A stretch of 64,000 bases of DNA from a virus (IMGVR_UViG_3300032138_000002:64001-128000); one strand, 5' to 3'. Counted from the stretch's first letter, positions 30,001 through 40,159 are shown. The notes: generated from the letters alone by a model not told the origin. Translations and numbers: made by a program.

Positions 30001-33000
30001 AGCCATATTATTATTACGTACACGATAGGAAGGCGCGTTTGGAAAGAGCGGTGCGAGAAGGGGGAGATCGGTGACCCCACGAGACCGCCAAAAAGTATTC
30101 TGCGTTCCCAGAGTTCTATTAAAAGCTGCCGAACCACTTTCCTCTACGAATTCTAGACGGCCTCGAACTTTGGCTAAGTATGTGTTTTCTTCACGAGGGT
30201 AAACTGTTTCTCTATAAGTAAAGCTATTAAGAGTAACGTCTGTATTGTTTGCCACGCGATCTACAATGACATCATGTACTTGTTCCTGATTAGTTGGAAC
30301 TCCTAAGCGTAAATCCATTTCCGCATTAGTCATGAAGTCCAAATTGTTGCCGTAAGTATCTCGCAACTCTACGATATTATTCATATTATCTTGAAGTTGG
30401 TGTGTCATTGGCTTAAACTTAGACGAAGCAGGAGGTACAGTGAACTTTTTGATGTCTCTAGCATACTTTAAAGTATTTTCTTTTAACTCTCCGGCATAAT
30501 AACTTCCCTGCGGCCGAGGGCCTGATGGGAGTGGGCGAGTAACAAGTATATCAATAGTGTTATTCTTTCTTTGCTCTCGGACAATTGGATTATCATGACC
30601 GCGAATCTGTTTCCACGTAGGCCACCCATAAGGACCTTGGCGATGGTGAATAAGACCGTTAAGGAGTTTGGATCCCGAAATAGCTGTATACGAAGGATTA
30701 GAAGAGAGGGAATAAAGAAGTCCGCCTCTATAATTAAAGTCCGTTGACGAAGCAATGTTTTGAGAGGGGTAACCCCTCGTATTTGTACTCGAAGTAATGG
30801 GCTCATAGATGTTGGAGTTAAGTCCTACGAAATCATTGGCTAAAAAGCCTGTTAAGCCGGAGTTAACATCTGGCCCATACACACGCCCGGGAGTAAAAAG
30901 GGCGCTTCCGAGAGAACTTGCGGTGAGGAATTTAATGGGACTAGACCATCCTGCAATTCCGGCTGCACCAGAAACCGTTCCGTCATAATATCGACTATTA
31001 GATGTGTACCCTACTAATGGGTGGGTACCTACGTTTGCCCCACTGATTGAAGAAGTGATCCAGGCATATTGTAATTCGCTTCGGGGGATGGACACATTCA
31101 TAAATAAATTATCATACACAGATGCCGTCACATAACGATTAGGATTAAATTCACTCAGCACATCCATGGCAGCGTTGCCAAATTTCATGATACGGTGTGT
31201 GTTACGGTTGACTTGCTGCCAAGAAGCTGTAGTATCGTAGTTGTCAGCTTGGATTGAGCCAAATTCGCTATCGATACCAAATTTGCCACAGTGTCGTGCT
31301 GTCAACACATTCAGGCCGTCATCGCGAGTATGAATTTCCGTATGAACATCGATGGCCATTTTATTATTGTCGTTGGCGCCGTCGGATCCAGAACTAGCAA
31401 TTACAGTCTGATTCTTATAAGGTAACGCATTATAAACTGAATATTCTTCGGACGGTGTGTTCATATACCCTCGCGAACTAATTTCAAAGCCGCCGGGTGA
31501 GGCACAGCGATTAACGATAATCGACTCTGTTTTAGGTCGCGAGGGTAATTCGAAGTTAAGGTTTCCTGTCAAGAACGCAACTTCCGGCGTTTGAGAGGCT
31601 AAGTCTTCGGAATTATGAACAAACCATCGGTTATTTGCCGTACGGCTATTGGAGGATACCACGTCGGTGTTGCGAGAGAAGTTTCCAATTACAGTGGTTT
31701 TTTGTTGGGCAGACCCCGTAGCTGTCTTAAGATTTTTAATAACAACCGGGCGTTTCGTGCCAAGATTAATATCAGATCTTGCAAGATCCAGATTAAGTGT
31801 TCCGGATTTTGTTTTACGGGGCTCATAAATACTGACATCTGCGCCAATGCCGCCGGCTAACGTTGCCGGGGAAGCGCCTGTGCCGCCGGCAACAAAAGTT
31901 CCGACAACATCTGTGAACGTAATATCATTTCCCGCGGCGCCCGGAGCGGTCGCGGTCACCTTGAATTTATTCGTAGTGCTGCCTGCTTCGGCAGTGATCC
32001 CAGCAACACCATTGGTTGCGTCACCTGATCCTGCTCCATACGCAACAGAGTTTGATGGAGATGGAGTGCCGCCGCCAATAGCGATGATTATGCGGGCGCG
32101 GATGGCTGCAGCGGTTCCCGCTGAGCTAAATTCTACTTGGTTTGCGGTACCGGCAGATGGTGTTCCAGCCACCATTTTGATAGTTATGTCGGTTCCGGCG
32201 CCTCCAACTGCAGATGGAACATTAACTGTGAATTTGTCATTGTCGCTGGAGCCAGCCAGGCTCAAAACGTCGTCGCGGGAAGCTGCCACGGATGCGCTCA
32301 AAAAACTTGCAGGCCCGGATATTCTAAATCTTTCAGGACGAGAGTAGTTATTTTGGCTTCCGGAGGCGACAGGTTGTTTGCGATTTAAGAACCCTCCCTC
32401 GTTTTGTCGAGCGAATGGGCCTTGGAGGGGTGTTTCAATAGTGGCGGCGACGTCTTGTTGAATGTTGGTAAAAATTAGTCCCTGACTACTGCTATAAAGC
32501 GATGGGAAACTATTTGGCATCCGACTTCGTTTACTTCCCCACAGCCGGCTGTCGACAGATGGGAACACCTGCACCTTTGGAATAAGATTAATCGGAGTCC
32601 AACCGGGTGTTTCTTCGTCTGGTTCGGGGGTTGAATCGGGCTCTTGGTAATCAATCAAATTAATAGAATTGACTGAAAGGGTGGCATCCCTAACTGATGG
32701 GGCCTCTAGCGTCTGCTCCTTTTTTAAATTGGTCGCGCCGGCGTGGAGTACCACGTCTTTGTTCAGGGCAGACAGGCCGCCTCGTTTAGACAATAAGTTT
32801 TCCGCTTCTTGATTAGAGCTTTTCTTGGGAATATTAGATGAATGTCTTCCTCCCATGGGGTTAAACATCACTCGTCGAAGGGCTTCGCGGGTTTCGTCGA
32901 CTGAAGTATTACCTGAACTAATAGCTGAGATCTTTGTGGGGTCCGCTGCTGTCTTCCACCAAACTGGGTTGGTGTTTTGACTGCCTTCTGTTGGGGACGC

Positions 33001-36000
33001 TTCTACAGTGGCGTGGTTCTCTCCCCAAGCAGTGCCATTATTCGAGGCCTCGCTTATGTTGTCAGGCTGTTTTGTTTCGAGTTTGGCCGCGGAACCCTTA
33101 CCTCCGATATAGTAATCCAACATGGGGTATTTATTCCAGTATTTGTTCCTTTCTAGAACATGGCTCTCGACAATAGTGCGCAGACCAGAGGATTTTCCGG
33201 CGGAAGCGGGAAAAAGTTGTTCCACCATATATCCGATCGCATTATCGATCCAGCGATAATAGCTGAGATATTTATCAATGTCCGGGTCGTTATCAATCTT
33301 TTCGAAGAAAAGCTGTCTTAGCTTCCCAAGAGTTTTATAATCTTGACGGTAGCGGTTTACCCCATGACCAATCAGGCTATTAAAATCTTTTAGCGTCGCA
33401 AAGAAATTAATCATTTCTTCGGAAATAGCCCTATACATACTTTTTTCTAGAGAAAATTGATAGGTCGTCGGGCGAGTTTCCCGAGTAAATTCAATGTCGT
33501 CGCGCTCTAAAATTGTCACCATATCTGAGCTATCAATCTCTTCTGGAAGGGATTGTTTAGCATTAGAAATATATTGATTTCCCACCACATTTGAGTTCGA
33601 TGTGGCGAAGAAGCCTCCCCGGCCAGTTTGGTTGTAGCCAAGAACGTTTCCGAGCCAGCGATATCGTTTGGTCATCGGAATGGAGCCAGATGAAAAATCC
33701 TCGATTTGGAAACGCCCTGAAGCGTTGGAACTCGTTACCGTACTAAAGTCCCAGTTTAAAAGCAGTGTCGCGCTCTTGGGGACATATTGATTATTACCCT
33801 GAAAGACGGGAGCAATAGGCACAGCCGACGATGAATTTTCAAACAAATAAGCACTTTCATAGGGATAAAAGCGTCCAAAGTTAGTAATGTCAGACGCATG
33901 CGCATCAATTTCATCGTTTTGAACATAGTCAAACCAAGCTCGGGTAGACCCTATCTTAAGGTCGGTATGATTTAGGAGGGAGCCCGTAAAGTCGGTACGA
34001 TACGCGCCGGTATAGAGACGCTTAGGATTTTTTAAAAATTCGTCTCCATAACTCTCTGCTACTGATGCAGTTAAATAAAAGCTATTTGTTTTTACATAAC
34101 CGTCGTATGATACTCCATAAAATTCATATTTGTAACCATTAGCATCTTCGCTGCCATCGACTGTATCTCTGTAAGGGTACGACTTAGGTACAACACGTAC
34201 AGCGATATTCCATTTTTGATTCTCATACTGATCCTTGAAATAAGAGCTTGTCAGGGTAGTGAGGCCGGGCATCGCGGCATTAGACGCAGATAAGATAAAT
34301 TTTACATTTTGAGAATTTTCTTTTTCTCTTGCAACATACACCTGGAAATTGGCGTAGTCAGTGGTCGCGTAACCTGTAGGCCACCGTGTTTCGGTGCCGT
34401 CGGATGTATCACCAACTTGATGAATTCCAAAAACCGAAGAAGACAGGTAGGGATAAAGCGCGTTAGCTGAGGAACCAGAATAATAAATCGACAGTTGATT
34501 TGGGAGAAGGAACTCGCACTCATAAGTTTGAGCCATTCCATTTTCCAAAAATGTTTCCGCGGGATATTGAGAGGCTGAGATGAAGCCTGTAGTCGTCGCA
34601 GACGATAATTTATATTGGTACATGGTTGCGCCCCAATTATCTTGGGTGCTAAAATCTACAAATTTCTTTTTCTTGGTACGTAAATTAACATTCTTATCAA
34701 ATTCGTGAGTATTGTTGTGAGTATAAACGTTCAACTTTACAATTTCTTCATCGATTCCGAAACAACGAATAAGATTACGAATTGACTTTTCAGTTCCTTT
34801 AGCCTTATAAATGTCTGTGAGGTTGTTATAAATGTTTTTATAAATCAGATTTTTAACATTAGACAACTTATCCGAAAAACGAATGAAATCATTTTGATTC
34901 ATAAATTGTTCTAATACTGATGCGTCTGCGAACATCTCTGTGGTCAGGAACCCTTTGCCTTGCAAAACCTTCTCATTATATGGGAATGCCTTTTGTTGAC
35001 TTCCGCTTATACTTGCGCTAACATATGTTTTATCTTGTAAACGTGGGAGATATTTAATTTGTGCAGATACGTCATCAAAATAATTTGCCATAATCTGAGT
35101 TAATTTGAGGAGGTTTTTCCCAGTTTCATCATCTTCTGAAATAATCCACTCGGGCAGCGAATTATAAAGGGAGGCGGCATTTTCAAAGTCATAAACCTGT
35201 CCCTCTCCCGTCTTGGCCGTTATAAGATTACCCACCTCGGGATGGGCACGATACATAATAGGGTCTTTAAATTCTGTTATCGAGGCAGAAGATTCTACAA
35301 TCGCGGATCCCGTATTCCTGGCTGTGGCTGTATAGCCAGTCCAAGTTCCGTTCGAAACACGGCCAGAAAAGTCCAATACAATGGAATCTAAACTGGTTGC
35401 TCCGGTGATACCCTCATTAAATTTAAAATATACTCCGAGATCTGTGTTGGCTAAATCGACATTTGTACCTGCGCCGATGGCGCCATTGTAATTGAGGCCC
35501 ACTTGTTTAGCATCCCTGCTCGACTTCCAGAATCTAAGTTCGTCTAGGGAGCCTGAGAGCTTACCATAGCCTCTCATAAGCTCCATGTCCTCTCCAACGG
35601 CTGTGTTGTAGGTCCCGCCTTCTGTACCCGAAGGAGAGGCCACTAAGGCCCCTACATTCGCCACCATGGCCCCACTCACATAATCAATAGTGGAGCCGGT
35701 GAAGAGTGACTGATTATAACGGCCGTCGACATAAAGAGAAACTTCTACGGCCTTCATATCCGGCTGGAGGCCGCCGCCGCTGGCCTGCGTCGTATCCACC
35801 GGTGGGAAAGTTTGTAAACTGCCGAGTGAGCCGGTATTTTTAATAGTAACGGCGTAGTGCTGCCATGTGTTATCGGCCATACTAGTGGTAGTAATACTTC
35901 CAATTGGTACTCGCCAGAACCCATTGGTACCTGACATGCACGTGACATACAACGGGCTGCTATTCGTATTTCCTGAAACTTCAACTCGGAGGCGCCCATA

Positions 36001-36699
36001 ATTTACACTGGACGAGATGCTGCTGGTTGTAAAACAATCAAAAATGGTTTCAAACCCGCCACCATTAATACTTGATAAGAACTCTGACTTCTTCAACCAA
36101 AATTCGACAGTATTTCCTGTAGCGCCGTTTATTTCTAGATTCGAGCCCCGCTTATCACTGAGATTAAAAAAGTTGGCGCCCTTTCGTGTTGAAGTTCTGT
36201 CTTGTATCTCGATAAAACTATTGCGAACAGCGTTATTGTCTGCATCCGCATTGGGACCGCCTTTTACTAAAATATATTCTAAATCGGAGGATTTATCGTA
36301 ATCTCCAATAGTTGCAGCTTTGGTCCCCCAGCCGTCGCCCTCATTGTCCGGTGAAAATATAGCGTATCCAGTAGTTCGAGGATATAACTCATTGAAAATA
36401 TAGAGATCTAAGTAAGAAGAAGAATTGAGCCATGCCTGCTTTTCATATAAAGATCCGTCATACGGATAATCCTCGTACACTCTCCGAATAGAAGCTTCGT
36501 AGTATTCTTCAGCCGAACCAAATTTAACAAAGTTCGCCGGAGAAGAATAATCAATAGGGGGAACATACCGGTGTTGAGCCTGCGCAACTGCATAAGCATT
36601 TCTATCCGACTCTGCGTTGTCTCCAATTTCTTTGGTAGATTTCGCAACAAATATTTTTTTTTGGCCTTGGCCTTTAAATAAGTCTTTTAGATCGCTCAT
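27034..36699 (-). CDS. Giant baseplate wedge protein (gp7/P2 gpI-like core) with LamG/concanavalin-like domains, 3221 aa
   Basis: IYKAKGTEKSIRNLIRCFG (gpI/gp7-type motif); LamG pattern TVEFW...WQHYAVT...LYVDG...GSLDELRFW...YFKFNEG; located after gp25 and gp6. Confidence 0.75.
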   Translation of the reverse strand: MSDLKDLFKGQGQKKIFVAKSTKEIGDNAESDRNAYAVAQAQHRYVPPIDYSSPANFVKFGSAEEYYEASIRRVYEDYPYDGSLYEKQAWLNSSSYLDLYIFNELYPRTTGYAIFSPDNEGDGWGTKAATIGDYDKSSDLEYILVKGGPNADADNNAVRNSFIEIQDRTSTRKGANFFNLSDKRGSNLEINGATGNTVEFWLKKSEFLSSINGGGFETIFDCFTTSSISSSVNYGRLRVEVSGNTNSSPLYVTCMSGTNGFWRVPIGSITTTSMADNTWQHYAVTIKNTGSLGSLQTFPPVDTTQASGGGLQPDMKAVEVSLYVDGRYNQSLFTGSTIDYVSGAMVANVGALVASPSGTEGGTYNTAVGEDMELMRGYGKLSGSLDELRFWKSSRDAKQVGLNYNGAIGAGTNVDLANTDLGVYFKFNEGITGATSLDSIVLDFSGRVSNGTWTGYTATARNTGSAIVESSASITEFKDPIMYRAHPEVGNLITAKTGEGQVYDFENAASLYNSLPEWIISEDDETGKNLLKLTQIMANYFDDVSAQIKYLPRLQDKTYVSASISGSQQKAFPYNEKVLQGKGFLTTEMFADASVLEQFMNQNDFIRFSDKLSNVKNLIYKNIYNNLTDIYKAKGTEKSIRNLIRCFGIDEEIVKLNVYTHNNTHEFDKNVNLRTKKKKFVDFSTQDNWGATMYQYKLSSATTTGFISASQYPAETFLENGMAQTYECEFLLPNQLSIYYSGSSANALYPYLSSSVFGIHQVGDTSDGTETRWPTGYATTDYANFQVYVAREKENSQNVKFILSASNAAMPGLTTLTSSYFKDQYENQKWNIAVRVVPKSYPYRDTVDGSEDANGYKYEFYGVSYDGYVKTNSFYLTASVAESYGDEFLKNPKRLYTGAYRTDFTGSLLNHTDLKIGSTRAWFDYVQNDEIDAHASDITNFGRFYPYESAYLFENSSSAVPIAPVFQGNNQYVPKSATLLLNWDFSTVTSSNASGRFQIEDFSSGSIPMTKRYRWLGNVLGYNQTGRGGFFATSNSNVVGNQYISNAKQSLPEEIDSSDMVTILERDDIEFTRETRPTTYQFSLEKSMYRAISEEMINFFATLKDFNSLIGHGVNRYRQDYKTLGKLRQLFFEKIDNDPDIDKYLSYYRWIDNAIGYMVEQLFPASAGKSSGLRTIVESHVLERNKYWNKYPMLDYYIGGKGSAAKLETKQPDNISEASNNGTAWGENHATVEASPTEGSQNTNPVWWKTAADPTKISAISSGNTSVDETREALRRVMFNPMGGRHSSNIPKKSSNQEAENLLSKRGGLSALNKDVVLHAGATNLKKEQTLEAPSVRDATLSVNSINLIDYQEPDSTPEPDEETPGWTPINLIPKVQVFPSVDSRLWGSKRSRMPNSFPSLYSSSQGLIFTNIQQDVAATIETPLQGPFARQNEGGFLNRKQPVASGSQNNYSRPERFRISGPASFLSASVAASRDDVLSLAGSSDNDKFTVNVPSAVGGAGTDITIKMVAGTPSAGTANQVEFSSAGTAAAIRARIIIAIGGGTPSPSNSVAYGAGSGDATNGVAGITAEAGSTTNKFKVTATAPGAAGNDITFTDVVGTFVAGGTGASPATLAGGIGADVSIYEPRKTKSGTLNLDLARSDINLGTKRPVVIKNLKTATGSAQQKTTVIGNFSRNTDVVSSNSRTANNRWFVHNSEDLASQTPEVAFLTGNLNFELPSRPKTESIIVNRCASPGGFEISSRGYMNTPSEEYSVYNALPYKNQTVIASSGSDGANDNNKMAIDVHTEIHTRDDGLNVLTARHCGKFGIDSEFGSIQADNYDTTASWQQVNRNTHRIMKFGNAAMDVLSEFNPNRYVTASVYDNLFMNVSIPRSELQYAWITSSISGANVGTHPLVGYTSNSRYYDGTVSGAAGIAGWSSPIKFLTASSLGSALFTPGRVYGPDVNSGLTGFLANDFVGLNSNIYEPITSSTNTRGYPSQNIASSTDFNYRGGLLYSLSSNPSYTAISGSKLLNGLIHHRQGPYGWPTWKQIRGHDNPIVREQRKNNTIDILVTRPLPSGPRPQGSYYAGELKENTLKYARDIKKFTVPPASSKFKPMTHQLQDNMNNIVELRDTYGNNLDFMTNAEMDLRLGVPTNQEQVHDVIVDRVANNTDVTLNSFTYRETVYPREENTYLAKVRGRLEFVEESGSAAFNRTLGTQNTFWRSRGVTDLPLLAPLFPNAPSYRVRNNNMAKNSMGTTLSQYVGSASLNYFLSGDVPKNDRMAMWKLGLSAWPLDSNQWFTGTGSFPYILRQYPNGELYNSMWRQWLRATATSSFPYTYGASGQYADGGWQGPLTASQSYIYFNNWAILYSSSAGALRGDPAFNTIKYPGLFLKQGITNPSVSSTIPSGGFWNADVMSDNAPWHDTYEDYASDIRTFGKNYSVVPEFRISEHMDHYIDNGFSFNNRFLTLNGTAVSASADTPTSSYNENFFQIYSNTDFMKHFGEFKEENNKVNKITLTCEGVKKLLPYNGFYPVLRSVQLGSELSRSFGENISGSSLTKTGSYDAERLISLMQPFFAPGILYNSIKSGIAVDWPTVTGSLGSGTLGPNVDDANASTGLGYLSGAGGLFNYRLPFEALVDPSRYLPPSASDGSSAIYMQYPHRPTASLYGPTTDNSFFDWNGENKLNYPLAMNNFLAEIPQFFLNNSRFVNLTSKPERTFKSMQSGSTYYMDVELRKSSDFVMSEGLTDIVVLETTGSDDMRTYVTGSRNYRGTFFGPPCQFVSSSEVSHPLKPPGYYAESINVTDPAFAPFTPPYFYGSAVARVAFTPHQHEALLENETKFFTLDEILAGCKIETIFTSSANDDTEWLRRATDNGHTAGLSQMRLTSSVNLFGKTSVKKVTYEAGETSGDEFVASTAEDASDSSYDVWTISPKFECPTLNFTQSANNNLSQYIAETGETPYSSGSQATTIWGQYGYVPSGSAGIFLGIKESFPDKVNTLESTNTGSLLDVCGFEGTKKRVGELASKKEIGECVVAIPFVQKKGKRKFFPLLKSQIKYVRGIANKREIERLETTNRIPGDSIVHMVETMEKYVIPPHLDFLTDTKISPFAMYMFEFTHDLDREDLSDIWQNLMPKIAKTAEKQSVSISHEMTSNEFFGGKAPPAETQWMIFKVKRRAASNYYAATADSTDDDRFAFQFEVGGEKKTPNYSYNWPYDFFSLVELAKVDTEIEFTKKDNSE

Positions 36700-38333
36700 G
36701 ATTTTTCTTCAACTCTGAATTTGAATATCTCTGGCTGTTCCAGATAACCTTCTCCTGTATAGTATGCAAACTTAATGCCGTACGCATAGTCTCGTTCTAA
36801 GAGTGATATGTCAAAATCAAAATAGTTGCCAGAAACATCAAAGGATAACCTGGTATAATCAGATTTAGATCCTGTAGCGCCTGGTGCGCTTCCTGTTCCA
36901 AACACCACTGCGTCGGTATTGTCTGCTAATCTATAAACTCTATAATAGGCATTATCAATAATCGTATTTTGTACGTCTGCCGTGGCTTTTGTGTAAATAT
37001 TTTTTGTGTCGCCTATTTCCCGGATAAATACTCGGAACCGGGGCTTTTCTGTTTTGCCATATAAATCTTTTAAATTAGTAATTTTAGTGGTATAAGTTGG
37101 CGTTGAATAAATGGGGGAAGTACTAAGAGTGGTGGGAACGAAGCTTCCTGTGCTGAACTGAGCTATAACGTTCGAACCGGCTGCATTGTTTGTGTCCTCA
37201 CTTCCCGTAAACCATACATCATATATGCGCGTTAATGGCGTAGACGCGCCTGTAAGAGCGACAGAGGCCGAATATATCCCCGTAGATACATAACCCCCTG
37301 TAACGGCGAAAACGTTAGTGCTTCGTACGTGTTGGCCGTCCGCTACACTTTCTAAAGCATCACCCGTAGGGGCTGTGTTGTCAAGGTTTCCAGAGAAAAA
37401 AGAAACATAGATTTCACCGGTGTAATCCGTAGCGATGTTGGGGATATCAGTGAGTTGTCCCCGGACATAGTTGTACAGGTAGAGAGTATTCAAGTTTTCT
37501 AAAGCGGTAGAAAGAGAACTGCTATAAAAGAAATTTCCCCTGTCATCTTTTTCGGTGTTGTCGTAACGAGCCTCAACACAAGGGCGTTTGAAAAAAAACT
37601 CACTCCCGCGGGCAAAGAATTTTTTAGTATAATAGGATTCCTTAGATCCTGTGGTATTAAGCACGAGGGCTGTCGACGTACCGGCGGAAGAATAAGCTTC
37701 TTGAGACCCTGTTAATTTTACCATAACACCGTAGTTGGGAATGCCCCCTCCTGAAGCTCCCTTTATCCATTGTTCAACCAATTCGGAGATATCCACTTCC
37801 ATACTCTCAGTACCATCTGGAAACGTCACAGTATAAGTCGTCGCGGGGCTTTGTTGACCGTAAAAGTCTCCCCCTACATTGTCCCAGCTAAGGAGACCTG
37901 CTGATGATGTAGCTCGGCGGAGCCAATTGGAACCCGAACCGTCATAGGTGGAATCCGAATATTCATCATTATCTAGGCCGTTTCCCTCTTCCCACTCTTG
38001 ACGCATAGGCGCTACTACCAATTGGATGTTTTTAGGCACCGTAAAGGCATGTGCGGCATTGAAAAGGCGAAGATAGAAAGAAACATTTCCCGATGCAGGA
38101 AGAGTGCCCGCGGTTCGATCGGAACTAATATCTGAAATAGGAAATCGTACCATGGAGCGTGCTAGCTCCTGGGAATATCCATAGGTGCTGCCAGAATTTT
38201 GTCCGTAAATCGAAAATACTTCCATAATATCCGATTCGCCTGTATTGGAGCCGGTTCCGCGGGTGGTTAAATTAGCCTTAAACGCATTTGTGATGGTATT
38301 ATCGGCATCGGCAGTATATCTTTTTATAGGCAT
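36696..38333 (-). CDS. Baseplate-associated protein with DNRLRE-like beta-sandwich domain
   Basis: ADADNTI, RSMVRF, YLRLF, WEEGNG, DISELVEQW, NYGVMVK pattern; between gp6 and the gp7-like gene. Confidence 0.6.
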   Translation of the reverse strand: MPIKRYTADADNTITNAFKANLTTRGTGSNTGESDIMEVFSIYGQNSGSTYGYSQELARSMVRFPISDISSDRTAGTLPASGNVSFYLRLFNAAHAFTVPKNIQLVVAPMRQEWEEGNGLDNDEYSDSTYDGSGSNWLRRATSSAGLLSWDNVGGDFYGQQSPATTYTVTFPDGTESMEVDISELVEQWIKGASGGGIPNYGVMVKLTGSQEAYSSAGTSTALVLNTTGSKESYYTKKFFARGSEFFFKRPCVEARYDNTEKDDRGNFFYSSSLSTALENLNTLYLYNYVRGQLTDIPNIATDYTGEIYVSFFSGNLDNTAPTGDALESVADGQHVRSTNVFAVTGGYVSTGIYSASVALTGASTPLTRIYDVWFTGSEDTNNAAGSNVIAQFSTGSFVPTTLSTSPIYSTPTYTTKITNLKDLYGKTEKPRFRVFIREIGDTKNIYTKATADVQNTIIDNAYYRVYRLADNTDAVVFGTGSAPGATGSKSDYTRLSFDVSGNYFDFDISLLERDYAYGIKFAYYTGEGYLEQPEIFKFRVEEKS

Positions 38334-40123
38334 TATTTAATAACCCCTATAATGTCCTCTTGCGTGTCTTTTAGTTCAAGCACAAAACTGTCCGGTACCA
38401 AAAGCATCTGGCCATCATACGATGTATTGGCTTCAACATCAAAGAATATATCCGAATACCCCGTACCCGTTTTCTGGAAGATTGTGACGTCTAAAGTATC
38501 AACAACTCCGTCTGTAGAGTTCAGGGTCCGATATATCTGTGCTATTGATAAGGCCTCACCTACATTCATTTTGGTATTGAATAGTTGAGCCACTCGTCTT
38601 TTTAGGTCCAACATCAAATCAATGGAATTCACGTTTCTCTGTGCTATTACCGAAAATCTCACACCTATATTAATTACATTTGCATCGAGTATATCTATTG
38701 TATCGTTTAGCATCTTGTAATCATTTATCCAAACTTTCAAATTATTTTTAACCGTGGGGGTGCTCTGCACCAAATTGCCATTATACTCGGAAACAACATA
38801 AATGTTTAAGTTTCTCTTAAAAGAATCTTTGTCTTGCGCGATGGAGCATCTCTTAACTGCACCAAATTTAGGGGGCATGCTGTAAATCATACTTATATAA
38901 TCTTGTGTGGTAACGGCCCTGTTTTGTGCAGCAAAATAATTTTTAGCCAATAATTTAAGTTCTGTTGTATTCGGAGTGTCGATGTCTCCTACAATACGCC
39001 GTTCATTGTCAACCTGGAGGCTTGTTCTTACGTCGGACACTTTAGAGGATACAAGAGACGCCTCATCGGAAAACTGCATTTCATAGCCTCCCATTTGTAC
39101 AAGTGTTCCGACGCCGGCGTTAACATCATTGCTGGTGTTTGCTCTGTAAGAGATATATAGGGTGGTGTTCGAGGGACCTACACCAAATTTATCATTAGCC
39201 ACCAATTTTCCAGGATCAAGAGACATGGCGGTGGTATAGTCTTTAGCGTGGCGTTTTAAAACAACCGCAGAGGGGTCCGCTACGGCATTATTAGTTACAT
39301 CCAGATCCGATCCATGGCCGAATTGTAGGGTCGTTGAGCTACGATTATAAGCGGTCGAAAACCGACGCGTTACAATGTGGGGGGTAAGAATATAGGGTAC
39401 CCTGTTGCTATCACTGCCTCTATTTTTTACATTACGATATATTACGTTCTGAGCTAAAGACGGCACCTCATAATATATATTTCCATTACTATCGGCTACT
39501 GATAATATTTCCGTCAAGAATGGATCAGGGATAGTCACTGAGCGGAATTTGCGAAAGCCGCCTATATTGGCTGTGTGGACGCGTCGGGTCCCAGATATAA
39601 CTTCGGCGTCGATTTTAATGGCGTAGTGCGTTGGTACGCCCGTAGTTGCATTTGTGGTCGCGACAACAACCTCTGCGTCTGCTCTAGTAAAATCTACATC
39701 ATCTATTAAAGTATATGGGTTTCCCCCGGTTGAAGTCACGATGGCTCCGCGTTTGAGGAGAGGAAGATAATCACTATCCACACCAATCCCATTAGCGTTG
39801 GCGGGTACTAAGACATAAAAGGAAACCGTGCCGGTGGCCGTTGCAGTCGGCTTATAATTATAACCAAGCTGCTTCGCGAGACGAACAATATTTTGATATT
39901 CCGTAGCTGTATCTAGAAAAGATTCGTTGGCCTGATAATCCAGGTAAAACGAGAGTACGTCGCCGACATAGGCCACGGCATCGAACATTAACGATCCAAA
40001 GGATGCTTTGGAAAAATCTTTATACTGATCTGGATAATAACGCTTTGTGTGTTCTACCAAATCGCTTTTAATATCGTTAAAGGTCCTGCTCGTGTATTTA
40101 ATTGGAATGTCTTGGTCTGCCAT
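38333..40123 (-). CDS. Baseplate wedge subunit (T4 gp6 / baseplate J-like)
   Basis: YTSRTFNDIK, DVLSFYLDYQANESFLDTA, LGY, QFG.G, QNRAVTTQDY. Confidence 0.92.
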   Translation of the reverse strand: MADQDIPIKYTSRTFNDIKSDLVEHTKRYYPDQYKDFSKASFGSLMFDAVAYVGDVLSFYLDYQANESFLDTATEYQNIVRLAKQLGYNYKPTATATGTVSFYVLVPANANGIGVDSDYLPLLKRGAIVTSTGGNPYTLIDDVDFTRADAEVVVATTNATTGVPTHYAIKIDAEVISGTRRVHTANIGGFRKFRSVTIPDPFLTEILSVADSNGNIYYEVPSLAQNVIYRNVKNRGSDSNRVPYILTPHIVTRRFSTAYNRSSTTLQFGHGSDLDVTNNAVADPSAVVLKRHAKDYTTAMSLDPGKLVANDKFGVGPSNTTLYISYRANTSNDVNAGVGTLVQMGGYEMQFSDEASLVSSKVSDVRTSLQVDNERRIVGDIDTPNTTELKLLAKNYFAAQNRAVTTQDYISMIYSMPPKFGAVKRCSIAQDKDSFKRNLNIYVVSEYNGNLVQSTPTVKNNLKVWINDYKMLNDTIDILDANVINIGVRFSVIAQRNVNSIDLMLDLKRRVAQLFNTKMNVGEALSIAQIYRTLNSTDGVVDTLDVTIFQKTGTGYSDIFFDVEANTSYDGQMLLVPDSFVLELKDTQEDIIGVIK

Positions 40124-40150
40124 AGCTTAAAGCCCCTTAAATGTCAAAAA

Positions 40151-40157
40151 TAATTAG
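40151..40157 (-). promoter_or_regulatory. Putative late-promoter motif CTAATTA upstream of the gp6-like gene
   Basis: Recurrent intergenic motif. Confidence 0.55.
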
Positions 40158-40159
40158 TG

